DNA of 64,000 nt from Candidatus Bathyarchaeia archaeon (GCA_049512935.1 JBEKWR010000012.1:1-64000), one strand, 5' to 3'; counted from the stretch's first letter, positions 8,839 through 19,518 are shown. Translations and numbers: made by a program. Notes: generated by a model from the sequence alone, not told the origin.

Positions 8839-9291
8839 TTGACTGAAGAAAAACTCGAATTAACCCGTCGACTCTTAATTCTGGGAAACCTTGGGCTTCT
8901 CGCCATGATTTTCATAGGCTTCTTCGGCGTACTGTTCTACAGCTTAATTTACGGTTGGCTCTACCTTGTGGTTGTAGCCGTCCTGATCTACGGCATTCTG
9001 CGGAGGCTCGGATGCGGCAGCTGCTACCAATGCAAAACATGCACCAGCGGCTTCGGAAGACTGGCAGGCGCGTTCTTCGGAAGAGGGTTCATAAAGAAAG
9101 CAAGCGTAGGAAATAGGACTGGGTTCATGGCGTTCCTTTATTTCCTGTTGCTTCCGCTCCCTGCAACGCTTTTGGTCTTGTCGATGACGCAGGCGTTTTC
9201 CGCTCTTAAAGTGGTGGCGCTGGTTTGCCTGTTTCCAATAAGCGTCTACAGCTTAACAACTTGGTATAAGCGTTCAACAGTTACTCATTAA
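8839..9291 (+). CDS. Hypothetical membrane protein with a Cys cluster
   Basis: About four TM segments; CGSCYQCKTC loop. Confidence 0.75.
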   Translation: MTEEKLELTRRLLILGNLGLLAMIFIGFFGVLFYSLIYGWLYLVVVAVLIYGILRRLGCGSCYQCKTCTSGFGRLAGAFFGRGFIKKASVGNRTGFMAFLYFLLLPLPATLLVLSMTQAFSALKVVALVCLFPISVYSLTTWYKRSTVTH

Positions 9292-9356
9292 GAAGGAATT
9301 TGGGAATAGTTTTAAAAATGCATGAACGGTCATGTATGAAGGTTGAAGATGACTAA

Positions 9357-10493
9357 ATGAGTAAACCCTTGCACCTTCGCAAGCCAATCAGGCTCTTAAT
9401 CATCGCTGCGTTAGCGTTTATTGTTTGCGTCCCGATCGTCCTTCCTCACGGAGTAGTTGCCGCTCAAACCCAAACCCAATATTTAGACAGGCAGTTCGCT
9501 TGGAATTACGGCGGCGAATACTGGACATGGAACCTGAGCATTCCTGAGACGTTGTATGAAGAATACATTTCGGTTCCAGACTCGGTGCGGACGCAAGTTC
9601 CGCTTTCAGGCTTCGGGTACTTCACCACGACCAACGATTCGTACTTGCAGATCTTGGTGGCGAAAATAAACCAGACGGCAACGCAGCAGGGTTACAGTCC
9701 ACTTCAGGAAGTGAACTTTGCCTTGGCTTTCGTGCAAAGCATACCTTACGCGACCGATTATAACAGCACAGGCTATCAAGACTACCCTAGGTTCCCAGTT
9801 GAAACCTTGGTTGACAACGTCGGCGACTGCAAGAGCCACTCTATTCTTTTCGCAACGTTAACGCTCATGCTGGGTTACGATGCAGTCTACATTAATCCTC
9901 CAGACCATTTAGCAGTCGGAGTGTTGGGAAACAACCTTCAGGGCACATACTGGACGTACGACAACCAAACCTACTATTACTGTGAAACAACAGCGTCAGG
10001 GTACACAGTCGGCCAACTGCCTCAGGAATTCAACGGCGTAGGCGCATATGTCCTCCCGATATACACGGACGAACAGTACGTTGTAAATTTCCAGTCCTCC
10101 TCGTCTGGGTCTAATCCAGCCTTTTCACTTCAAGAACCCAACACGCCGGAAACGACCCCGATTTCAGGTTCAAACTCTTTGACAACGCCTTCTCCCACTA
10201 TGGCGGGACCGACCATACAGCCGATTTCACCGATTTCACTTAACATAATTGAGGCAAGCCCCGTCTTTTTCGTTTTGATTGTTGCGGCAATCGGCCTCTC
10301 CATAGCCGTCGTAGTTAAGACAGCAAGAGTCGGCAGGGCAAGAAACGCGCCTCAGCAAACAGTTTCCCCGCAGCTTAGCAGCCCGAAAACTGAAGAGACA
10401 GAGTTAAGCAGGAATAAGTTTTGCATTTACTGCGGCTGCTGCAACAAGTCGTTTGCCGTTTACTGTGAGAGCTGCGGCAAAAAAATAGCTTAA
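9357..10493 (+). CDS. Secreted transglutaminase-like protein with TM anchor and C-terminal zinc ribbon
   Basis: FVQSIPY..D, P.ETL....GDC, HLAVG, YCETT (C-H-E triad); CIYCG..CESCG after the TM. Confidence 0.8.
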   Translation: MSKPLHLRKPIRLLIIAALAFIVCVPIVLPHGVVAAQTQTQYLDRQFAWNYGGEYWTWNLSIPETLYEEYISVPDSVRTQVPLSGFGYFTTTNDSYLQILVAKINQTATQQGYSPLQEVNFALAFVQSIPYATDYNSTGYQDYPRFPVETLVDNVGDCKSHSILFATLTLMLGYDAVYINPPDHLAVGVLGNNLQGTYWTYDNQTYYYCETTASGYTVGQLPQEFNGVGAYVLPIYTDEQYVVNFQSSSSGSNPAFSLQEPNTPETTPISGSNSLTTPSPTMAGPTIQPISPISLNIIEASPVFFVLIVAAIGLSIAVVVKTARVGRARNAPQQTVSPQLSSPKTEETELSRNKFCIYCGCCNKSFAVYCESCGKKIA

Positions 10494-10505
10494 ACCTGCG
10501 AGCCT

Positions 10506-11075
10506 TTACTGCTTAGGCGCATTAGCGGGCGGTTCACGGTTTGAAAGTTCGTCGAAGGCTTCACGGGTGAAGCTGTCAATTCTCTTGTAGGCGTAAACGG
10601 CTACGGCGACTTCTAAAACGGTTACAAGTGAAAGAAAAACGGCGAGAGCCTTTGTCAGATTCACGAAGTCTTGCGCAACAGACACATCCACGTTGCCGTT
10701 AACCGTCGCTATCCAACTCCAAAAGGTCGCTTTGTCTGTAGTGATGAACGCGCTTATGTCAAGAGCCATCCACAAGCATAAACCAACCAGCACCACGGCT
10801 AAGGCGCAGCCGACGATTGTCAGGTTTTTCCAGTCGTTGCTGAGGCGTGAAGAGCAAGTGATCTGGGTTCCTGAATCAACAGGCGTGAAAGTTACTTCCA
10901 CGGTTTTTTTGGCTGTTGCCGGGCTAATTCCCCACAGCGACCCCTGCTTGACAAGGAGATGTTTGGGCGGGTCTTCAGAAATTATTTTGCAGCCCTTCTC
11001 AGCAAGGGAACCTTTGAAGGCTACGTACGCTTCATCAATGGTCAAGCTTAAAGTTCGGCTGAGCAAACAACGCAC
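10506..11075 (-). CDS. Hypothetical membrane protein
   Basis: Soluble N-terminal domain plus two TM helices. Confidence 0.7.
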   Translation of the reverse strand: MRCLLSRTLSLTIDEAYVAFKGSLAEKGCKIISEDPPKHLLVKQGSLWGISPATAKKTVEVTFTPVDSGTQITCSSRLSNDWKNLTIVGCALAVVLVGLCLWMALDISAFITTDKATFWSWIATVNGNVDVSVAQDFVNLTKALAVFLSLVTVLEVAVAVYAYKRIDSFTREAFDELSNREPPANAPKQ

Positions 11076-11125
11076 CTGTCAGACTTGGACATTTAATTGC
11101 TGCCATTGACCTAAAAAGGCTTGTT

Positions 11126-11746
11126 CTAATGGCGGGACCTAGCCTTGAAACCGCGGATTTGCCTGCGCGCCGTGGCTCGTTGCCGCTCAAGATTCTTGAT
11201 TCTGGCGTAGAGCTTGGACACCTTGGTTTTAGACGGCACCTTAGACCGTGGAATGTGAACAGGCACGGGGGTGAACGGCTTGTTTATCTCAAGTTTACGC
11301 TGCCTCGACTTCTTGAACGGGACGTTTAGCACTTTCTTGAACACGACGTAGCCCTCTTTGAGGTTCACTTCTTGCACTTCCCAGCCTGCGTCCAACCAAG
11401 CCTTAGCATGAGCGCTAGAAGACGAGTTGCTCCACCACGCCGTGTCCTTGAAGGCGCCCATCGGAAGCTCGCTGCCGATTAAACCGTCGATTCTCGCGAA
11501 GGAAAGCTTAACGAGGCTTGTGAAGGCAGCTCTGAACTTTAAGTGGCGTTCAAGCCCGTCGTACTTGGACACTGACCGAGGCGAAACAACCCGGCGGGCG
11601 CAGTGCAGGCACAACATCGCGTTGGGGTCGCCTGTTGCAACGTCAGGCACCATGCAGTCGCGGCAGAACAGTTTCTGGCAGCGTTGACACTTACGCATGT
11701 ACGCTACTCTGAGAACTCTACCGCAGATTCCGCATTCATCCTTCAA
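11126..11746 (-). CDS. Zinc-finger protein with a DUF7662-like domain and basic C-terminus
   Basis: Four CxxC pairs, then SKY..L..HL, LSF..I..LIG..LP..A....WWSN, AWLDAGW. Confidence 0.75.
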   Translation of the reverse strand: MKDECGICGRVLRVAYMRKCQRCQKLFCRDCMVPDVATGDPNAMLCLHCARRVVSPRSVSKYDGLERHLKFRAAFTSLVKLSFARIDGLIGSELPMGAFKDTAWWSNSSSSAHAKAWLDAGWEVQEVNLKEGYVVFKKVLNVPFKKSRQRKLEINKPFTPVPVHIPRSKVPSKTKVSKLYARIKNLERQRATARRQIRGFKARSRH

Positions 11747-11810
11747 CGACGGTCAAACCTCATTTTTGAAAGCAGAAATCGCTTCATGAAACACTTGTTT
11801 TTTAGGCATA

Positions 11811-13391
11811 TTAATTTTCAGTTGGTTTAACCCCGTTCTCGCCTGAAAAAACGTCTCGCTCATCGTTTCGGCTCGTAAACTGGCGTATCGTGTCTTTGAT
11901 TTCTTTCCATATCGACCTGATAAGCTGCCTCGCTTGGTTGTCAATAGCCAACAGCAAAACCACGTAGATGCCGAAGCCCACGATGGCTTTGCCGATTGTG
12001 AAGAGAAGCGTGGTCGTGGTTGGAATCAGAAGCATGAGTATGCCCATCATAACGGCGCATAAAGCGTACTTGCCCAAGCTCGCCCAGGCTACAGGTATTT
12101 TCACGTGCCGACGCATGAACCAGTAAAGTCCGCCGAAGGTTGAAACCTGCACGCCGATCATTATCACTATCACGTACACCGCGCCCTGAACCGAGTTCGC
12201 AATAGGCAATCTGGTCAGCACAAAGTAAGCCAGGGGCAACTCGATTGCAGCCTGAATGTAGGGAAGACTAAACAGCTTGAAGATTCTGCTTCTGAAAAGC
12301 TCGCGGAGATGAATTTTTCCTCCTGCGTCGAACGCTTCCACACCCAAAACGCAGTTTGAGTAAAACAGAGAAACCAAACCTAACAGGGTGTAAATCGACA
12401 GCGCGATAAGAACGGGCCAAGCGACTCCGTAGGCAACGTTTAGGATGCTCAGAAACGAGACGGACATAACCATCGCAATTGCAGTTAACGGGATAGCCAG
12501 CATCATCACCGTTCTGAACGACGTGCCAACCTGTTCTTCCGTACAAGTCTTCTCAAGCAGCTTAGGGTACAGGGCGATGGACAAGCTGATGGAATAGCCG
12601 ATTACACTGGTGAAACTGAAGGCAGCCTGATAGTAAGCCCTCGTGGTGGGTCCACCGAAGAAGAAGAGCATAATGAGCACGAAAGACAGCAGTTGGCTGC
12701 CGACGGCGTTGTAGGCAATCACTGTTGAGCCTTTGATCCACTCTTTGAGGTAGCTCCAGTTGGTTTTTTCCTTGAAGTCGTCTCTTAAAAGATACACGTA
12801 ATAGCTCACTTGAACGTAGCAGGAGAGAACAAGTGCCAGCACCGCCCCAAGGAACAACTGCTTTAGGCCTAATATCAAAACCAACGCGACGCCCACCTTC
12901 ACCAGTTCCTCAATCAGCAAGCCGTAGCCGAGAGCTTCAGGTTTTTTAGGTTGCAGAATAGCCTCGAAACAGGTTATCATGTAATATGTCAGGATGTAGG
13001 TTCCAGCTATCAAAAAGATCGGCAAGTAATCTGCAGTCGTGAACGCCGCGATTTTTGGAGCAATCGCATAAGTGTAGATTAGAAAGATTATGGGAAAATA
13101 AACCGCCATGGAAACGAGACCTATGAACAGCTGCGCTAAAGTGTTAGTTCTAACTGTTCCCTCTTTGTGCCGCGCCACAAACCTTGTTGCCCAGAAAGGC
13201 AGCAGACCGCTGAAAAGCGTGAAGTACCCGATGTAATCGAAAATGTTGGTCCAAACGCCGTACTCTTTAGTGCTCATGTTGCGGGTAAGCAGAAGAGTGA
13301 AAATCAATCCAGTGGCTACACTAAAAAGTTGAACCGCGAAGATCACGTAACCGCTGTACTGAAACCTAATGCCTCTGCCTTTGTTGCTCAA
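11811..13391 (-). CDS. MOP-superfamily polysaccharide flippase-like membrane protein
   Basis: About 14 TM segments; N-terminal LLTRNMS..EYG typical of Wzx-like exporters. Confidence 0.75.
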   Translation of the reverse strand: MSNKGRGIRFQYSGYVIFAVQLFSVATGLIFTLLLTRNMSTKEYGVWTNIFDYIGYFTLFSGLLPFWATRFVARHKEGTVRTNTLAQLFIGLVSMAVYFPIIFLIYTYAIAPKIAAFTTADYLPIFLIAGTYILTYYMITCFEAILQPKKPEALGYGLLIEELVKVGVALVLILGLKQLFLGAVLALVLSCYVQVSYYVYLLRDDFKEKTNWSYLKEWIKGSTVIAYNAVGSQLLSFVLIMLFFFGGPTTRAYYQAAFSFTSVIGYSISLSIALYPKLLEKTCTEEQVGTSFRTVMMLAIPLTAIAMVMSVSFLSILNVAYGVAWPVLIALSIYTLLGLVSLFYSNCVLGVEAFDAGGKIHLRELFRSRIFKLFSLPYIQAAIELPLAYFVLTRLPIANSVQGAVYVIVIMIGVQVSTFGGLYWFMRRHVKIPVAWASLGKYALCAVMMGILMLLIPTTTTLLFTIGKAIVGFGIYVVLLLAIDNQARQLIRSIWKEIKDTIRQFTSRNDERDVFSGENGVKPTEN

Positions 13392-13522
13392 ACGCCGCTT
13401 TCCTGCTTCGTCGAACTTATTTGTACTGCATTATTAAAACATCTAGTTATAGGATTTCCCAAAAAAGCTCCAAGAAACAACAGTAAAAGAGGGGAGAATG
13501 AAAAAATGCGGTTGATTGAAGC

Positions 13523-15001
13523 TTAGCCTTTTACCACGGCGAGCGGCACGAGCCTTGCAACCTTCGTGGCGATTCCAACCTTGTCGCTGACGTCCACCAC
13601 GACGTCCACGTTCTTGTAAGCCGGGTCGGCTTCTTCAGCAAGAACCGAAGCGCTTGCCGCGCGAACCACGATTCCACGCTTCTCCAACCCTGACTTCACG
13701 TCGCCGCCCCAGTACTGCCTCTTCGCCGCCGAACGACTCATCATTCTGCCCGCTCCATGCGCGGTTGAACCGAAAGTCAAGTCCATTGCTTTCTGCGAGC
13801 CCACCAAAACCCAGCTGCTTGTGCCCATGCTGCCTGGGATAAGCACTGGCTGCCCTTCGCTGCGGTAGTCGGCTGGGACGTCGGGGTGCCTTGCGGGGAA
13901 GGCTCTTGTGGCTCCTTTGCGGTGAACCCAAACCTTCTTTTGTGCCCCGTCGATGTTGTGCGTTTCGGCTTTGGCGACGTTGTGGCATACGTCGTAGACG
14001 AGTTTTAACCCGAAATTTTCAGGCGGCTCGTGGAAGACCTGCTGGAAGCTTTGCCGTACCCAGTGCATGATTGCGTGGCGGTTGGCGAAGGCGTAGTTGA
14101 CGGCGCAAGCCATGGCTTGAACGTAGTCTTTGGCTTCATTGCTGTTTCCTGGGGCGCAGGCTAACTCGCGGTCAGGCAACGTGATGTGGTACTTTGCAAC
14201 CGCATGCTCCATCACCCTCAAGTAGTCGCTGCAGACCTGGTGACCGTACCCTCTTGAACCACAGTGAATCATAACGGTAACCTGGCCCTCCTGGGTGATG
14301 CCGAAAGTCTTCGCCGTTTTAGGGTTGAAGATTTTGTCTACCTTCTGAATCTCCAAGAAGTGGTTTCCTGAGCCTAACGTGCCGATCTGGGTTAAGCCTC
14401 TGCTCTTAGCCGTTTGGGAAACCTTGTCGGGGTCGGCGTTAGGCATGCAGCCGCCTTCCTCACAGTGCTCCGCGTCCTCAGGCCAGCCGAAACCCCGTTT
14501 GATAAGCCACCGGACGCCGTCGACGGCTAAGTGGTCCAGGTCGTTGCTGGATATTGAAAGGTCTTTTCGTCGGCTTCCAAGCCCAGAAGGAACATTACGG
14601 AAAATAGTTTCTGCCAAAGGCACGAGCTTGGGGCGAATCTCGGTTTCTGTTAGCGTTGTTGCCAAGAGCCGAACGCCGCAGTTGATGTCGTAGCCGACGC
14701 CGCCGGGGCTGATGACACCGTTTTCGTAGTCGGTTGCTGCGACGCCGCCGATTGGGAAGCCGTAGCCTTCGTGGCCGTCGGGCAACGTTATGGCGTGCTT
14801 GTAGATTCCAGGCAGCTGAGCCACGTTTGAGCATTGCCATAGAGTGCGGTCGGTCTTCATTTTTTCTAAAAGTGCCTCGTTAGCGAAAACGATGCCGGGA
14901 ACAAGCATGCCGGGCTTGTATTTTGGAATGCGCCAGGAGTAATCGTTTATTTTTTCCAGTGGAACTTGCTCTGGCGTTCTTCTGCTTTCACTTTCACCCA
15001 A
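13523..15001 (-). CDS. rtcB: RNA-splicing ligase RtcB
   Basis: LPDGHEGYGFPIGGV, GYDINCG, GSGNHFLE, HCGSRG, HRKGATR, HGAGR. Confidence 0.97.
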   Translation of the reverse strand: MGESESRRTPEQVPLEKINDYSWRIPKYKPGMLVPGIVFANEALLEKMKTDRTLWQCSNVAQLPGIYKHAITLPDGHEGYGFPIGGVAATDYENGVISPGGVGYDINCGVRLLATTLTETEIRPKLVPLAETIFRNVPSGLGSRRKDLSISSNDLDHLAVDGVRWLIKRGFGWPEDAEHCEEGGCMPNADPDKVSQTAKSRGLTQIGTLGSGNHFLEIQKVDKIFNPKTAKTFGITQEGQVTVMIHCGSRGYGHQVCSDYLRVMEHAVAKYHITLPDRELACAPGNSNEAKDYVQAMACAVNYAFANRHAIMHWVRQSFQQVFHEPPENFGLKLVYDVCHNVAKAETHNIDGAQKKVWVHRKGATRAFPARHPDVPADYRSEGQPVLIPGSMGTSSWVLVGSQKAMDLTFGSTAHGAGRMMSRSAAKRQYWGGDVKSGLEKRGIVVRAASASVLAEEADPAYKNVDVVVDVSDKVGIATKVARLVPLAVVKG

Positions 15002-15151
15002 AACCTTTCACCAGAGTCAAAAAGGGCATTGCTGAAATAAAACAGTTGTGACCCAAAGTCGTTCACTGCGGGGGTAAGAATCCGATTCTAGCAAGAATTT
15101 TAAACAATCTTGCGTCATCATTAGCTTTTGACTTGATAGGAGTTAAAGCGA

Positions 15152-15487
15152 ATGGCTGAAGTAACAGACGAGTTTATGAAGCAAATGCTTGCCAAAACGA
15201 AACGTTACTGCATAGTGATCCTGAAAGACGGACCGAACAGCGGCATGGAAGACGCCAAAAAGATTGTTTGGGAACACGGACGAAGAAACTTTGCCCTTCG
15301 AAGAGACGGCATCATGCCCATAGTCTGCCCAGTTTCAGACGACAGCGCACTTTCAGGAGTGGCAATTTTTAATGCGACAGTTGACGAGACAAAAAAGATT
15401 ATGGATGAAGACCCAGGCGTCAAGGCGGGCATTTTCATCTACGAGATCCATCCTTGCAGGAGTTTTCCAGGCGACCGTTTACCCTGA
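15152..15487 (+). CDS. YciI-like (dimeric alpha/beta barrel) protein
   Basis: EH..RN, IM.EDPGVKAG.F.YE.HP pattern. Confidence 0.65.
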   Translation: MAEVTDEFMKQMLAKTKRYCIVILKDGPNSGMEDAKKIVWEHGRRNFALRRDGIMPIVCPVSDDSALSGVAIFNATVDETKKIMDEDPGVKAGIFIYEIHPCRSFPGDRLP

Positions 15488-16408
15488 TTCGGGCAATCGT
15501 TGGTCTTGCTCTGCTTTGGCGTAATCGACAAATCCCTGAACAGTGTTTCCGAGCGCCGTTATCGAGTAAATCGGGTGCGCGCTCAAATAGCCGGCGAGTC
15601 GATGCATGACCTCGTCTTCTCGAAGTATCCTTTCGCATATCTGCTTAAAGCTTTGTTTTTCCTCCACGCCTTCCTTCGCAATCCTCCCCCACAGTTGAAG
15701 TTCAACTTTGTAATCTTTTAGCCGCTGAACAGCGTCGGAGGCTTTGCCGAAATGACTATAATACAAAGATGCTGGTCTGAGGCTGATTAGTTTGTCTAAA
15801 GAAGCCAGCGCTGCGTCTAAGCGGAAAGGCGGAGGCGTCGTTGGAATGACGGCATCAAACTCTGGGAAATAGGTGCCTGCGGCGTCCCCCGGAAAAACGC
15901 CGTCATTTAGGGTTTCGAAAAAGCTGAGGTTGTGGGAAGCATGACCAAGCGTCTCATAAACCTGCAATTTACCGCCCACGTCAAAATCAAAAGAACCCTC
16001 TGTGACAGGTATTATGCGTTCTTTCGGGACAGGTTCTGGTTTGCCGAAGATTTCGCTTACATACCCCAAAACCGACTGTGCGGACTCCCAGAGCCGTTGG
16101 GGATCAACCAGGTGAGGCATGCCTCTTGGATGCACGATTACCTTTGCGTTAGGTAGAAACTTTAGCAGTGTGCCAGCGCCGCCGCCATGATCTAGGTGAA
16201 CATGGGTGACCGCTACGTATTCTACATCCTCAAGCATTATATTGAGTTCTTTTAATCCTTCGACAAGTCTTGGCACCGAAGAGGTTGGTCCCGACTCGAC
16301 GAGGGTGACTTTAGCGCCTTTCAAAACGTAGCTGCAAATAATATTCTTGAATCCGCCGGTTTCCAAATCAATTTGGAAGAGGTTTCTCCCGATCACTCTG
16401 GTATGCAA
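15479..16408 (-). CDS. MBL-fold metallo-hydrolase
   Basis: THVHLDHGGG, GHASH, FPGDAAG, YSHFG. Confidence 0.92.
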   Translation of the reverse strand: MHTRVIGRNLFQIDLETGGFKNIICSYVLKGAKVTLVESGPTSSVPRLVEGLKELNIMLEDVEYVAVTHVHLDHGGGAGTLLKFLPNAKVIVHPRGMPHLVDPQRLWESAQSVLGYVSEIFGKPEPVPKERIIPVTEGSFDFDVGGKLQVYETLGHASHNLSFFETLNDGVFPGDAAGTYFPEFDAVIPTTPPPFRLDAALASLDKLISLRPASLYYSHFGKASDAVQRLKDYKVELQLWGRIAKEGVEEKQSFKQICERILREDEVMHRLAGYLSAHPIYSITALGNTVQGFVDYAKAEQDQRLPESG

Positions 16409-16540
16409 ATCTTCACCTTGCTACGTTTGTTAGGCGCTGTATTGGCATAAATGTTTCCGTAAAATCCGGAAAGAACAGGTAAAACTTAATTATTTGCATA
16501 TTCCCTCTAGGCAAGAGGCTAAGTGGGGGTAAAAAGAGAA

Positions 16541-17194
16541 TTGAAAGCTGTCATGTTTGGAGCACCAGGCGCGGGAAAAGGCACTTATGCCAGCAGGCTT
16601 CAACAGAAACTTGGCGTTGAAACCATCGCGACAGGCGACATTTTCCGCGAATTGATGAAAGAAGACTCAGAGTTGGGAAGGAAAGTCAAGGGGTACGTTG
16701 AGAAGGGGCTTTTGGTTCCCGATGAGGTTGTCGTGGGGGTTCTGAAGCAGCGTTTAAGCAAGATTCCAAGCGGGAAAGGCTTCATTCTAGACGGGTACCC
16801 GCGGACGCTTGAGCAGGCTAAAGCGCTTGAAGCCCTGAATGAAATTGACGTTATCCTGCTGATAGACGTGCCCGACTGGCTCATAATTGAACGCTTGTCT
16901 AGCCGCAGGATATGCCGTAACTGCGGAACCGTCTACAACATTCGCTTCTTAAAGCCGAAAGTTGAAGGAGTCTGCGACAAGTGCGGTGGACCCTTGTATC
17001 AGCGTTCAGACGATACTCCTGAGGTCATAAAGAAAAGGCTGCAGGTTTATCAGGAACAGTCAAAACCGCTGTTGGAGTACTTTAACAAGAAAAAGGTGCC
17101 AGTTGTCGTCTCGAAAACCACGAGTCTCGACCAGCCGCCGGAGCCGATAGTTGATAAGATGGTAGAAGAGCTGAAAAAGCGAAAGCTAGCCTAA
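16541..17194 (+). CDS. adk: Adenylate kinase (bacterial-type, Zn lid)
   Basis: GAPGAGKGT, GDIFR, LDGYPR, CRNC..CDKC, QRSDD; TTG at 16541 (GTG at 16523 is the alternative). Confidence 0.95.
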   Translation: MKAVMFGAPGAGKGTYASRLQQKLGVETIATGDIFRELMKEDSELGRKVKGYVEKGLLVPDEVVVGVLKQRLSKIPSGKGFILDGYPRTLEQAKALEALNEIDVILLIDVPDWLIIERLSSRRICRNCGTVYNIRFLKPKVEGVCDKCGGPLYQRSDDTPEVIKKRLQVYQEQSKPLLEYFNKKKVPVVVSKTTSLDQPPEPIVDKMVEELKKRKLA

Positions 17195-17640
17195 ATATCT
17201 AAAATGAACTCCAAAACCACGCTGTCCTTTTCCCTAATTATCATCATTCTATGGTAGGTTACGGCTTTAACGCCGACTTTCTGTGGATGCTTTTGAGGGT
17301 CAAATTTTTCGCCCCAAACCTTAGCTTTGAACTTGAAGGTTTCCTCAGTTTCCTTCCAGTCGGATATTTGGAATTTTGAGTAGAACATGCCTTCGGTTTC
17401 AAACTTTACAAGCAGAGCTTCAAGCCAATTATAAAGCAGCCCGTACTGGTCTTCAGCCCCTACCTGCAGGGTTTGCTCTTTCGTCTGAGCCACTTTATCG
17501 GTGTCGGTCATGACTTCGAACATTGCAAGCGCCGAGTTCTCGTAGGCTTCCTCCATTGTCTTCCCGAGTGCCCTTATGTAAACGTCGGCTGTGTGTTCTA
17601 AAAACTCGAATTTTCCAGCGAATTTCTGAGCATCATCCAT
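17191..17640 (-). CDS. Archease (RtcB cofactor)
   Basis: FEFLEHTAD, VKAVTYH, C-terminal LDI. Confidence 0.95.
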   Translation of the reverse strand: MDDAQKFAGKFEFLEHTADVYIRALGKTMEEAYENSALAMFEVMTDTDKVAQTKEQTLQVGAEDQYGLLYNWLEALLVKFETEGMFYSKFQISDWKETEETFKFKAKVWGEKFDPQKHPQKVGVKAVTYHRMMIIREKDSVVLEFILDI

Positions 17641-17807
17641 CGTTAAGCGCCCAGTCTATTAATTGAAGCTGAACGGCTAAAAACACTTTCGCTAGGCGGG
17701 TTTCGGCTTCTGACTTATGGTCTACCAACCAATCAGTTTTGAAGCCAATCAAGAAGTAACCTGCTTAACCACGAAATAGGAAAAGGGCAAAAAGAAGAAA
17801 GGACCAT

Positions 17808-18263
17808 TTATTTTTCAAGTGCAACAAAATTCTCGACGGCGCTTCTAATCAGTTTGTAGCAAACTTTCTCGAAGGCTTTTTCTTGGCGAGCCTTAGCTAG
17901 CTCTTGAGGGTTTGACAGGTCATATTTTATCAGGTTTCGACAGAAAACGGTGCCATGCTGCTTCTCAAACTGCTGATAAAGCGCCCTAGAGTTAGCGTAG
18001 GCTTTCGCCCGCTTTTCCGCGCCCGTCTCGTTGGGCGCATACTTGATTCCCACCGCCATTATGCTGCCCGTCAATGCTCCACATACCGAGCCGCAGCGTC
18101 CTATGCCGCCGCCGAAGCCCGCAGCTATTTTGGGTACGAGTTCACTCTTGCCTTCGGGTTCCAAATATTCATATAGAGTTAAAAGCACGGCTTGGGCGCA
18201 GTTATAGCCGTCGTCATAGTACTGAACGGCTTTTTGAGCCAATTCTACGCCAGAAGATACCAC
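17808..18263 (-). CDS. C_GCAxxG_C_C family putative redox protein
   Basis: GYNCAQAV, GFGGG, CGALTG, CRNL, C-terminal Cys; GTG start chosen to avoid overlap with the upstream gene. Confidence 0.88.
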   Translation of the reverse strand: MVSSGVELAQKAVQYYDDGYNCAQAVLLTLYEYLEPEGKSELVPKIAAGFGGGIGRCGSVCGALTGSIMAVGIKYAPNETGAEKRAKAYANSRALYQQFEKQHGTVFCRNLIKYDLSNPQELAKARQEKAFEKVCYKLIRSAVENFVALEK

Positions 18264-18276
18264 GCTTCCAATCCTG

Positions 18277-19320
18277 CTAGAAGAATTTTGAGACCCTTTG
18301 AATCGCCGCAACTGTGAGTTTAGCCGAATCCTCGATGTCTTTCAGGGACAGCATACCTACTGGGCTGTGAATGTACCGTGTCGGTATCGAAACGTTCCCG
18401 CTCGGGATGCCCTGCCTCGTCAGTAAAATGCGTGCCGCGTCTGTTGAACCCATCAATCCTGTTTCAATCTGGAATGGGATTTTTTCTTCCTCCGCCGAAT
18501 CCAAAAGCCAACGAAGGACCTTCGGATGCGTAACTAAGCCAGAATCGGAAATCGTCAAGGCTGGACCTTTACCCATCTTCACGCTCGTGTCGTATTCTCT
18601 AACTCCGGGAACGTCGCCAGCTATGGTCACGTCGAGGGCTATTGCCACATCAGGGTCAACGTTGAAAGCCGCCGCGCCTGCTCCCCGCAAGCCGAGTTCT
18701 TCCTGGACTGTTCCGACGGCGTAGACTGTGCAGTCGGTGCGTTCTAAAAGTTTGAGGACTTCAACCATGGTGACGCAGCCTGCTCGGTTATCTAAGGCTT
18801 TGCCGATGACTACATCCCTGCCCAAAGGAGTATATTTGATGTCAAAACTTACCGGGTCACCAACCGCAATGCCCATGGACAGCGCGTCTTCTTTGCTTTC
18901 CGCGCCAACATCGATGAAAAGCTCGTCTGAAGAGATGATTTTTTTGCGTTCTTCTTCTTTCTGGATGTGCGGAGGTTTAGAACCGATTATCCCTGGAAAA
19001 ACCGCTTTTCTCGACATTACTGAAACCCTCTGAGCGGGTAAGATTCGGTCATCTATTCCGCCCATCTTTGCGAACTGCAAGAAGCCTTCTTTAGTGATGG
19101 TTTTAACCATCAGGCCGACCTCATCCATGTGAGCCGCAAGCATTATTTTAGTCGATTTTTCTTTGCCCTTTTTTATGGCGATAACGTTTTCAAGTCTATC
19201 TACAATTATCTCGTCTGCGTATGGCGTCATAAGCCGAATCATTAATTCTCTGACTTCGCTTTCTCTGCCCGTTACGCCACACGCGTTTGAGAGTTTCTCT
19301 AAATTCTGGTTTATGGACAA
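18277..19320 (-). CDS. M42 family (TET) aminopeptidase
   Basis: AAHMDEVG, KALDNRAG, VQEELGLRGA, ALDVT, RYIHSP. Confidence 0.94.
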   Translation of the reverse strand: MSINQNLEKLSNACGVTGRESEVRELMIRLMTPYADEIIVDRLENVIAIKKGKEKSTKIMLAAHMDEVGLMVKTITKEGFLQFAKMGGIDDRILPAQRVSVMSRKAVFPGIIGSKPPHIQKEEERKKIISSDELFIDVGAESKEDALSMGIAVGDPVSFDIKYTPLGRDVVIGKALDNRAGCVTMVEVLKLLERTDCTVYAVGTVQEELGLRGAGAAAFNVDPDVAIALDVTIAGDVPGVREYDTSVKMGKGPALTISDSGLVTHPKVLRWLLDSAEEEKIPFQIETGLMGSTDAARILLTRQGIPSGNVSIPTRYIHSPVGMLSLKDIEDSAKLTVAAIQRVSKFF

Positions 19321-19518
19321 TTGGACGCCTTCTTAGTTTTTATGGATACAACTCTGAGGTCTAACTTATTAAACAATTGCGGTTGAAAGCCTCTTGCGCT
19401 CTAACGCTTAATACAATTTAGAAAAATTTCTGCACCTTAAGCCTCTCTTTCAGGGCTATTATGGTAACTTTTAAATGCTCAACCCGCATAAAACCTATCT
19501 ACCAAGGGGTTTTTCAAA

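Noticed and set aside
13523-15001. Intein in RtcB (also checked Hel308 and TFB)
   Set aside because: Lengths are normal and no splicing motifs are seen
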